DNA from: a virus | Virus record (IMG/VR): IMGVR_UViG_3300048592_000962 | Coordinates: 95,873-159,872 of that record | Length of the DNA stretch: 64,000 nucleotides | Direction: 5' to 3' (one strand) | Shown: one piece after another, positions 31,393 to 39,665 of the stretch | Numbering within the stretch: the stretch's first letter is position 1 | Layout: each line of letters opens with the position of its first letter | Translations under genes and position numbers: made by a program | Notes under the pieces: model-generated | Told to the model about the DNA's origin: nothing | The model's database searches: none | What the model saw: the letters and a program-made list of their open reading frames with translations, nothing else

Positions 31393-34300
31393 TCACAGCG
31401 GATCGTGCCAAGAGTTTGTCACCATCGCATCTGCCCAGCCGGGCGCGTGCTCTTCGTCTTCTTCGCCGTCGCGATCGATGATGTTCCCGTCGTCACCAAC
31501 TCGGCGCATATCGACCAGCGACGCTGCCTCTTCAGCAGTCATCGCTGGCGCAATGCGCTCCCGATTGCGCCGCAACGCTGGCGGAAGCTCGGGCTGCACC
31601 ATCTCGCCAAGCACAACCTGAAGCGCTTCTTCCTCCGACAGGTTCGCGCCGTCCACCACAGCAGCTGCCGTGGCCACCTTGTCCGCGAGCAGTAGCGCCA
31701 TCGCCGCATCCATCGTGCCCTCGCCGTCGTAGTACGTGATGGTCAGCTCGTTTTTCTGGCCGATTCGATGACAGTTGTGAACCACGGCTTGCCCAACAAC
31801 AAAGCTTTCGTCTGACGCCACAGTGAGATCGTGAACGCGCGGGAACTGTCCGCCGAACTCTTTCTTGTAGGTGGCAGCCGTAGACGTCTTTACGCTGCTT
31901 ACTGGATGATACACGAATCTGTCATCCCAAACGCAAAGTGCCGGCGCCGACGATCTTGATCCGTCCGTGTACCCAACAACAATCTGCCCCTCGTTATCGC
32001 CTGACACGAACCTGAACGTGGCCGAATCCTTTGTGGCAAGAATCGCCATGTGAGCCCATGTCGCAAGAGCTGGGGATACAGTAACAACCTCAGACTGCGA
32101 CTTCCTTCGGTACCCATCGCCGTCGATGTAGTGCTGAAGCACGTGGCCAACCTGCTCACGGCTAAGGTCCCAGAACCAAGAAGGAACTCGCTTGGTGTAA
32201 CAGTCGCCGCCGAACATATCCTTGAACCACAGCGCCAGCTCTCGACTATATGCGCGAAGTTCTATACCCTTGCTCTTCTTGTTCCTGTAGATCTGCCATT
32301 TCACGCCGAAAACGCTCGAAAGCAGTTCTCCGTGTGTATTGAGAATAGACTCTTCTCGCTCGTGACCTGATAGCGATACGCAGGAGCCCTTGCCATGTCC
32401 TGTGATTGAGCATCCCTCTGCGAGATACCAGCCAAAAAGACGCAAGATGCTAGGCGTGACGCGGATGACCTCTGGCATCTGCACGTACCGTCCGTTTTTC
32501 TGCGGTGCGCCGAACTGATTCACCTGGTGCGGGTCATGGCGCAGGTGCTCAGGAAAATGTAACGTGTCTACGCCATGGCCGAATGCGTGCCTTGGCATCA
32601 CCAGCATGTCGGACCCAGGTTTCACGTCCTGTGCCTGAATCCAGTCGACCTCGCCACTCAGACGCCGCACCAAAACACGGTGATCTGAAGTGCATCGTAG
32701 CGGCATGTTGAATCGTCGATACGTAATCTCAGTAATCAGCTCTCTACACGAACGAGATCCGGTATCGATCACGCGAGAGAAATCGCCGCTGCGCGTAAGA
32801 ACCTCGTCGCCCACTCGAATATCCTGTATTTCCTTGTACCCGCTCCTGGTGAGTACCTTTTCGCCCTCCAGGATACACCGATCCTCGGCCTGCAACTGAT
32901 CTGCCGGCCGCCAGTTCCTCTCGACGAAGAACATGTCTTGCGACCTCGTGAGCGTCACGCCGGTCGCAATATCGATCGAGTAGAAAAGAACGTCGATCTC
33001 GCCACGCTGAAAACTGTCGACGATCTCCTGCCGTCTCGTAGCGCTCAGGCCGCCCACGAACGACTCGTGCCGAATCTTTCTGCTGAGACGCGACTTTGGC
33101 CCGAGCTTCGCAAACGATTCGTTCTCCGCGTCGATGCCGTCGCGCAGCAGCGCCATCGCCGCTCGACTTCGAGCCATCACTACGAGCGGACGCTGTGTGG
33201 ACTCGAAGAACTCCACGATCTCGTCGAGGATCGCAGGCGCCTTCCCCACCGCCGCCAGCTCGCGCAACGCGGTCATGCGCGCCAGAGCCTGAGCGCGGGC
33301 CGCCTTCGCCGCCGCCTCCCAGCCTCCCTGCTCCTCGACCCAGGAAAGGAACTCTTGCGATGCCTTGGCGTACTGCTTGGCGACCTTCGGATCCAACGAC
33401 ACGACCTTGGTGCGACGCTGCTTCTCCGGAAGATTGAGCACGTCCGCCTTCTTCATGCGCACCATGTAGATGCTGTTCGTCTTGGCAAAAAGCTCGTCGG
33501 AGTTGGTTCGGCCGTCGCAGTTGAGCACCGTGCGCCTGCCCGCGGCTTGCTGGTGGCCACCGCAGTACCGCATGCAGAACCTGTAGAATGACCCCCATTC
33601 ATTCGGGTCAACCAGATGCAGCATCGGCCACAGCTCTTTCGTACGATTCATCACGGGCGTGCCCGTGAGCAGCATGAGCGACGGCACATCCTTCTGTAGA
33701 AGATAGAAGTCGTTCGCTCTCTGCGTGTCCGAGTCCGGAAAGAAGGCCTTCAGTTCTTTGTCCCACCTCACCTTGAGGTTCTTGATGTACTGCGCCTCAT
33801 CAGCGATCGCTGTCCGATGTTTTCGGTCGCGAAGCCACTCCAGATGCTTGCCCACGATCTCGTAGTTCAGCACGACGACGTCGGCTCGACGCATGTCGGG
33901 CGTGACCAGCTCCGGCTTCCCGCCCTTGATCAGGGCAACCGTCAGGTCTGGACGCCACCGGTTGATCTCCCTCACCCAGTTCACGTTCACCTGAGCCGGC
34001 ACCACAGCGACCGCCGGTGGCTTGATGCACACCGCTGCCACGACCGTCTTGCCCAGGCCCATCTCCAGCGCGAGGATGCCTCGCCCGTCGTGCGACTCGA
34101 TGAAGCTCACAGCCTGTAGCTGGTGATCCATCAAGCCAGCCGGCACGTACTTCGGCAGCCGGAGCGGCGCAGCGCGCATGGGCTGCCCCTCCGCCGCGTC
34201 GGCCTGGTTTCGCCGCTTCTCCATCAGGTCAGCGACCTTCTCGCCGTTGACGCGCTTCACGTCGTCCAGAGAGACGAACAGGTAGTTCTTGCCCTTCCGC

Positions 34301-34614
34301 TTCCCGAGGCCGAGCGAGCGCCTGCCTCGGTTCATGTACTGGATCAGATTCGTAGAGCCGTCCTGAAGCTCGACCTCGTCTCCGATCTTCAGCGCGTCCA
34401 TCTCCAAGGGCAGCGACGGCAACTCGTCGGTGACGCGCTGCTTCACCTCCCCACGTTCGACCGCCTCCGCTGTCGACCGTCCAGGCTTCAGCTCGTCGAG
34501 GAGCATCATGCTGGGAAGAGCGACGAGGTCACCGTCGTCCAGCGACAACGGCTCACCCGTCGCAAACAACAACTCCAACTCGATGTCCTTGCTCTGCCGT
34601 TCGGAACGAGCCAT
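31393..34614 (-). CDS. SNF2/SWI2-family helicase containing an intein
   Basis: EMGLGKT, NYE, DEAQ, LTGTP..N, QAEDR^CHRIGQ. Confidence 0.9.
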   Translation of the reverse strand: MARSERQSKDIELELLFATGEPLSLDDGDLVALPSMMLLDELKPGRSTAEAVERGEVKQRVTDELPSLPLEMDALKIGDEVELQDGSTNLIQYMNRGRRSLGLGKRKGKNYLFVSLDDVKRVNGEKVADLMEKRRNQADAAEGQPMRAAPLRLPKYVPAGLMDHQLQAVSFIESHDGRGILALEMGLGKTVVAAVCIKPPAVAVVPAQVNVNWVREINRWRPDLTVALIKGGKPELVTPDMRRADVVVLNYEIVGKHLEWLRDRKHRTAIADEAQYIKNLKVRWDKELKAFFPDSDTQRANDFYLLQKDVPSLMLLTGTPVMNRTKELWPMLHLVDPNEWGSFYRFCMRYCGGHQQAAGRRTVLNCDGRTNSDELFAKTNSIYMVRMKKADVLNLPEKQRRTKVVSLDPKVAKQYAKASQEFLSWVEEQGGWEAAAKAARAQALARMTALRELAAVGKAPAILDEIVEFFESTQRPLVVMARSRAAMALLRDGIDAENESFAKLGPKSRLSRKIRHESFVGGLSATRRQEIVDSFQRGEIDVLFYSIDIATGVTLTRSQDMFFVERNWRPADQLQAEDRCILEGEKVLTRSGYKEIQDIRVGDEVLTRSGDFSRVIDTGSRSCRELITEITYRRFNMPLRCTSDHRVLVRRLSGEVDWIQAQDVKPGSDMLVMPRHAFGHGVDTLHFPEHLRHDPHQVNQFGAPQKNGRYVQMPEVIRVTPSILRLFGWYLAEGCSITGHGKGSCVSLSGHEREESILNTHGELLSSVFGVKWQIYRNKKSKGIELRAYSRELALWFKDMFGGDCYTKRVPSWFWDLSREQVGHVLQHYIDGDGYRRKSQSEVVTVSPALATWAHMAILATKDSATFRFVSGDNEGQIVVGYTDGSRSSAPALCVWDDRFVYHPVSSVKTSTAATYKKEFGGQFPRVHDLTVASDESFVVGQAVVHNCHRIGQKNELTITYYDGEGTMDAAMALLLADKVATAAAVVDGANLSEEEALQVVLGEMVQPELPPALRRNRERIAPAMTAEEAASLVDMRRVGDDGNIIDRDGEEDEEHAPGWADAMVTNSWHDPL
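31774..32877 (-). mobile_element. Intein (368 aa) with LAGLIDADG homing endonuclease in helicase motif VI
   Basis: Starts CILEGEKV; TSDH block B; LFGWYLAEG and YIDGDG; ends VVHN followed by +1 Cys. Confidence 0.92.
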
Positions 34615-35684
34615 CAGTCTACCCTCCGGAACCTCTTCGACCCCTTGAACTTTGCCGCCGTTTCCGGTGAGAAGTACCTAACCTCGCCCGTCTCCACGTC
34701 CGCGATGAGAACCATGCTTCTCTTGGAGACTTCAGTCTTTCGCTGAGATGCGGTGACCATGTCGCGCGAAATGACTTTTCGGTCGCCGAACACCGCCGAA
34801 AGAAGGTTCACCACCTGCGCCATGTGCTTCGTGTTGAAGAACCTCCAAAAGTACGGAGGGTCTTTCTCGAACGTGAAGAACACGCCGCGAAGTTCGCGAG
34901 CCTTCTCGTTGTAGGCAGGGTCGTACGGCGCGTGAAGTCGCATCACGTTTTGTCCCACTTCCTGGCGGGCGCCGGACGGCCAGTACGACGGGGGGACGCG
35001 CTCGAAGATGATTGCCTTCGCTCGTGCCTCTTGAAGCTCTGTGGCCAGCTTCAGGTCGTCGCCCAGCTTGGTCTTGATCAGCGTCAGCATCCTGGCGCTG
35101 TAGAAATGCGTCATCGAGTAGGCACACGACTCCAGGCCGAACGCTCTCGCGAGGCGCTGGCACGTCGCCACGACCTCGTGAGCCGGATCCACCTTCAACG
35201 CGGAGACCTCCTGTTGGCCGAATCCGAATGTCACCGCGCGGCTTGCGTACCACAGAGCCTTGCTCATGAGGTTGAGGCGCGCCTGCAAGTCTCTCCGCCA
35301 CTCCTCCTTGGGATCCCTGCTCTTCAGGTAGTCCCGAAGCCCTGGAACGCGAATGGGGCGCCACTCCAACACTTCGCCGCCCTTCGCCGTGGTCCCGTCA
35401 GGGAGCTGTTCCCCCTCCGAGGCAATGCGCACGGGATCGCCCCACTCCGGCGGCGGGACATTGGGGGCAGATTCGATGACTTCTCTGGCCAGCTGCTCGT
35501 CGAAGAGCGCGAGGGCTCGCTCTGTTGCAGCCTCCGTGGCCCCGCCGAAGTAAATCTTCGCGTCGCACTCCGGGCCGATGCCTCTCTCGATGCTGATCGG
35601 AGCACGCAGCGGTCGCCCGCACACCGCGCATGCGACCTCCATGAGCTGCGTCGAGATGTCCAACGCGTAGCTGTTCGGGACCAT
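34614..35684 (-). CDS. DUF6011-like N-terminal Zn domain protein
   Basis: CAVCGRPL..P.SIERGIGPEC. Confidence 0.7.
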   Translation of the reverse strand: MVPNSYALDISTQLMEVACAVCGRPLRAPISIERGIGPECDAKIYFGGATEAATERALALFDEQLAREVIESAPNVPPPEWGDPVRIASEGEQLPDGTTAKGGEVLEWRPIRVPGLRDYLKSRDPKEEWRRDLQARLNLMSKALWYASRAVTFGFGQQEVSALKVDPAHEVVATCQRLARAFGLESCAYSMTHFYSARMLTLIKTKLGDDLKLATELQEARAKAIIFERVPPSYWPSGARQEVGQNVMRLHAPYDPAYNEKARELRGVFFTFEKDPPYFWRFFNTKHMAQVVNLLSAVFGDRKVISRDMVTASQRKTEVSKRSMVLIADVETGEVRYFSPETAAKFKGSKRFRRVD

Positions 35685-36113
35685 CCACAGAGCGTACCCG
35701 GTAGCTCAGCGTGGTTCTACCTGCTCACCCCAGACTAAAGCCGCGATCGCCAACGTCTCGCGCCGCAGCGCTGCAACGTCCCCCTGGTAGCACCGGAGCG
35801 GCTCAGCATCCCGTTCGACTTCTCTGAGCCACACGTGCGGCGCCATCTGCTGGTCACACGACTCCTGCGCCGACCGCATCAGAACGATGCGAGCGTACCT
35901 GCGCCATGCCGCGTCTTCATTCGTCATCGCGATCGCCGCCGCCACGAGCAGTCGCCGCCGCACCGAGGACCGCCAACGCAAGAACGAGTAGACCGCCGCC
36001 GGCCATCGCAAGTCGATAGTAAGGACGCATCGCGTGGACGACTGCGCCCATGGTCACAAGCCCAGAGCCGAGCAGCGCCATCGTGAGCCACCAGATCGAC
36101 TTCATCGTGCACC

Positions 36114-36392
36114 TCACGCCTCGTCTTCGTTCCCTGCGTCCTTGCTCTGGTACGGTCGATGGGAGTGCAGCGCGCAGCCAAACGCAGTGCACGCACGGAT
36201 CGCCTCTCGCCATCCCACGTCGGCACCCTCTCCCTGACACTGCCAGCAGCGCGCCGCGATGGCGAGCTTCAACGACGTCGGCTTGCGCTGAGCCCTCTCC
36301 AGGGGATTCGCCGCGCGACTCGGCGCCTCGATCTCTCCCGCCGCAATCTTCCGACGGTACTCCGCCAGCGCGTCCTTGCCCTGCTCCGTCAT
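36114..36392 (-). CDS. Small Cys-containing phage protein
   Basis: AIAARCWQC...C....CALH..RPY. Confidence 0.55.
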   Translation of the reverse strand: MTEQGKDALAEYRRKIAAGEIEAPSRAANPLERAQRKPTSLKLAIAARCWQCQGEGADVGWREAIRACTAFGCALHSHRPYQSKDAGNEDEA

Positions 36393-36631
36393 GAAATCCC
36401 CTTCAAGGCCTCAGTCAAGATCTCCGTCGCGCTGCACTCCAGCGCGCGGGCTACGCGAACCACCGTGTCGAGCTGCGGCATGCTCACGCCCTTCTCGAAC
36501 CGACGATAGTTCTGCCTCGCGAGCCCAATGCGAGCAGCAACATCGGTCGCCGTCTCGCCCCGCGCCCTGCGCTTCTCTTGCATCAGCGCTCCAACGCGGC
36601 GCGCAACCAGTTTCTTTTCACCGTCGGTCAT
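36389..36631 (-). CDS. XRE-family HTH regulator
   Basis: VAARIGLARQNYRRFEKGVSMP.LDT...ARAL. Confidence 0.8.
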   Translation of the reverse strand: MTDGEKKLVARRVGALMQEKRRARGETATDVAARIGLARQNYRRFEKGVSMPQLDTVVRVARALECSATEILTEALKGIS

Positions 36632-36675
36632 ACAACGTTCGACGCACTGTCGCACGGGCGCACGTGGAAGACAAG

Positions 36676-37245
36676 CTACGACCGGGACACGCGAGGAAGA
36701 TCCCACTCGCTCTCGTCCGGCGAAACCTTTCTCCATGAGACGACCTTGCTGGGGTCGAACAGCACGACCCAGTCCTCGTCTCTACCTCCGCTGCCCCTGA
36801 CCAAAGCGCCGCCGATGCCTCGTTCGGCAAGGAACTCCGCCAGCGAGGGACCTGCCTCCCCCGTAAGCGCCTCGTAGTTCACTCCCAGATTCACCAGCGT
36901 CTCCGCTCGCGCCATGCCTGGGCCGAGGCGCGGCTCTAGACGATGTGACGACCTCAGCAGGTCATCTGCGATCTCCGCTCGACGCCTCAGCCTCGGCTGA
37001 TCCCTCACCCAGCTCAGCAGATCCTCCACCGGCAAGACCGCGTCTTCCAACCACGTGAAGTCCGGCTTCACCTCGACGCGAAGCACCGCCCCGCGGCCCT
37101 TCGCGTATTTGCGAGCCGTCTCCAAGTTCGTCGTGAAGTAGAGGCCAGGTCCGTGCTCGTATCGACCTTTTCGAGAAGGGCGAATCCGGGGAGGACCCTC
37201 CCAAACCTGTGCGCCGGTGTAGAGGATGAGTCGATCACCAGTCAT
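36676..37245 (-). CDS. ADP-ribosyltransferase-fold protein
   Basis: LYTG...HGPGLYFTTNLETARKYA...WVVLFDP. Confidence 0.6.
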   Translation of the reverse strand: MTGDRLILYTGAQVWEGPPRIRPSRKGRYEHGPGLYFTTNLETARKYAKGRGAVLRVEVKPDFTWLEDAVLPVEDLLSWVRDQPRLRRRAEIADDLLRSSHRLEPRLGPGMARAETLVNLGVNYEALTGEAGPSLAEFLAERGIGGALVRGSGGRDEDWVVLFDPSKVVSWRKVSPDESEWDLPRVSRS

Positions 37246-39103
37246 CGTCATCCTCGTCTTCGTCGTCGTCCTCGTCGTCCTCGCCTCTGCCGCCGTACGG
37301 ATCGTACTCCTCGTCGTCCTGATACAGCTCTGCATCGCGGTCCCCCGCCGCCTCCCATCCCGCACGCTCTCGGCCTTCTTCCGTCATCGGCGAATCATCT
37401 CGCACCATGTACTCCAGCCTGGGTGAGCATCCATCCCAAAAGAGAGTGCGACCGTCGTACTTCGCGCCGCGGAACTGTCCGTGGCCTTCGCCGATCTTCA
37501 TGCCGCGAAGATCTGCCCCCCTCAGGTCTGCGCCCATGAAGTTCGCGTGCCGAACGTCTGTGTCCCGCAAATCCGCGCCAGACAAGTCTGCGTCAGCAAA
37601 ATTGGCCTTCCACAGATACGCGAACCTGAGATTGGCTGACTGCATGATTGCGCGCGAGAACTGCGCGTCAGCGGCCTTGATTGCTGCCATGTTCGCGCCG
37701 GTCAGGTTTGATCCGTTGAAGACGGTGTTGCCTGCCTGCGCTCCCACGAGATCTGCGCCTTCCAGATCCGCGCCATCCAACCTGGCAGATACGATTGTGC
37801 CATGCGTGAGATTTGCGCCGCGAAGATTGGCTTCCCTGAGCGCGGTGTTGTCCAGGATGGTTTTGGTTAGATCGAGCCCTGACAGGTCGATTCGCGGAAG
37901 TCGAAGGCCGCTGAGATCGGCTCCCGCCGGTGCGGCTCGAACAGCAGCCTGCACGCGCGGCGTCAGATTGATGTTGGCAAGCGCAAGGCTCCCGAGGTGA
38001 CCACCGCTACGTTCGTCGATGAATTCCTCCAGCATTTGTTGGATCGCTTCGACCACTACGGAGACGTCGCTTTCGCGCAGAGGAGGCTCGTTCGCCTGTC
38101 CTTCGTTGAACACGTACGAGCCGAACTCCTTGGAGCCGACGGAAGAGTTCTTCTCACCAAACACCTGCACGAAGTGGCTGCTGTCCGGGTCTACTTCCAT
38201 CGTGACGTACGGCACGCCGTCCGGATCTCGGAGCGAATAGATCTGACTCAACCCCGACTCCACCCTCGAACAATAGCTTCCGACGCAGTGCTGAAGTCTC
38301 TCACCCTCCGGGTCGAGCCGACCCCTGCCCCTCAGCTCCTGAATCGTCCACCCAGACTTGAATCTCTTGACGACGATACCCTGCGGTACCGCCACCTTCG
38401 ACTTGAAGTCCTTCGAGCCCTCAAGAGCTTCCGCGAGAGACAGTTTGTTGAGATCGATGCGGTTCTTCTGCGCCCAAGCTGCGATCGCATTCGTTCGCCG
38501 ACGAAGTGTGTCCAGGGCCTCGGTGTAAAGTTCGTATTCCTCTCGATTTCTGAAGTCCGTGCTCCCCTCCTTGTCCATCGCGACGATGACATGCTTGGAG
38601 AGCTTGCTCAGTTCTCGGGCGACCCAGAGGAAAACGCCGTCTGCCTTGTGCGGTTCGTTCATCAGGCCGTCAGCGAAGGTATTCGATGTCACCAAGGGGA
38701 TGGCATCGGTGAGCGTCCTCCACCTTCCGTCGATGGGCTCCTTCCAGTACATCCGAGAATCGAAGAGCAGGCTGCTGTACCGATGGGTTCGCCATCGTTC
38801 TGCGTCCTCATTCTGCGGATCGACTTGTGGCAGCGGGCGATGATCCCAATTTGGATCTGGCAATCCGGGCAGCATCGTGCCGGCACGGAACATGTCCTTC
38901 AGATCAGATGCGAAGCTCCTCGGGGTCATGCCTGCTGGCGTCTCAACACCGTCAAGTGCGGCATCGGCCATGAGCTTGGCGGGCTGATCGATGCCGATTG
39001 TGTTGAAGATCACGCTGATCGTGTCCCAGACCACCCACGGCTGTTTGTCGAGGTACGTCTTGACGATGAACGCCAAACGCTTGTCGGGCGGGTTACGTTG
39101 CAT
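37235..39103 (-). CDS. PcfJ-like domain plus pentapeptide-repeat protein (paralogue 2), acidic tail
   Basis: EGERLQHCVGSY...IYSLRD.DG.PYVTME; long A(D/N)Lxx array; N-terminus aligns with paralogue 1. Confidence 0.8.
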   Translation of the reverse strand: MQRNPPDKRLAFIVKTYLDKQPWVVWDTISVIFNTIGIDQPAKLMADAALDGVETPAGMTPRSFASDLKDMFRAGTMLPGLPDPNWDHRPLPQVDPQNEDAERWRTHRYSSLLFDSRMYWKEPIDGRWRTLTDAIPLVTSNTFADGLMNEPHKADGVFLWVARELSKLSKHVIVAMDKEGSTDFRNREEYELYTEALDTLRRRTNAIAAWAQKNRIDLNKLSLAEALEGSKDFKSKVAVPQGIVVKRFKSGWTIQELRGRGRLDPEGERLQHCVGSYCSRVESGLSQIYSLRDPDGVPYVTMEVDPDSSHFVQVFGEKNSSVGSKEFGSYVFNEGQANEPPLRESDVSVVVEAIQQMLEEFIDERSGGHLGSLALANINLTPRVQAAVRAAPAGADLSGLRLPRIDLSGLDLTKTILDNTALREANLRGANLTHGTIVSARLDGADLEGADLVGAQAGNTVFNGSNLTGANMAAIKAADAQFSRAIMQSANLRFAYLWKANFADADLSGADLRDTDVRHANFMGADLRGADLRGMKIGEGHGQFRGAKYDGRTLFWDGCSPRLEYMVRDDSPMTEEGRERAGWEAAGDRDAELYQDDEEYDPYGGRGEDDEDDDEDEDDDDW

Positions 39104-39663
39104 CACAAGATCCCTTCCTGGTTCTTGCGCGCCTCGTCTCGAAGCTGATCCCAGTTCTTTCCCGTGACGTAGGCAACGTCCGTCTGCGCGTACGCGCTGC
39201 GCTCGTGCTCGGCATCGCGATAGATGCCTTTCCAGCCGAACCTCAGCACCGCAGTGACGAAGTTCGGCACCATCGCGAGGAGCCCCGCCGGCCACAACAT
39301 CAGCGACCACGCGCTCCCCGTCGCAAACCACATCACCAGCGCAGTCAGAAGAGACCTCAACTGGTCGTCCTCGAACTGACGAATGTGCACGAACTCGTGC
39401 CGCTCCACGCGATGTTCGAGTTCCGGGGTCCCGTCGTAGACATCCGGGTGGTAGAGGATTGCTCGTCCGATCGTGGTCGAGAACCCCCAAAACTTCGCCG
39501 CCTTCGGCCTGGTTCGAGCGATCAAAACGCCCGTGCCCTGGAACATCAAGCTCCGCCACTCCGCCACGAACAGCACGCAGAGCAGCAACAGCCATGCGTA
39601 CCCCACGACGACACCCGGAAGCGACACGCAGAACAGAACCCAAGACCTGCGCTTCTTCTTCAT
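39103..39663 (-). CDS. Membrane protein with HExxH motif
   Basis: TTIG..I, RHEFVHIRQ, YRD..HER.AY. Confidence 0.6.
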   Translation of the reverse strand: MKKKRRSWVLFCVSLPGVVVGYAWLLLLCVLFVAEWRSLMFQGTGVLIARTRPKAAKFWGFSTTIGRAILYHPDVYDGTPELEHRVERHEFVHIRQFEDDQLRSLLTALVMWFATGSAWSLMLWPAGLLAMVPNFVTAVLRFGWKGIYRDAEHERSAYAQTDVAYVTGKNWDQLRDEARKNQEGIL

Positions 39664-39665
39664 GG

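Noticed and set aside
35697-35730. GTAGCTCAGCGTGGT, resembling a tRNA D arm
   Set aside because: No closing GAGC, anticodon arm or T arm; it is a promoter/stop-codon region.
37235-37330. Low-complexity TCG/TCC tract as a DNA repeat element
   Set aside because: It simply encodes the Asp/Glu-rich protein tail.
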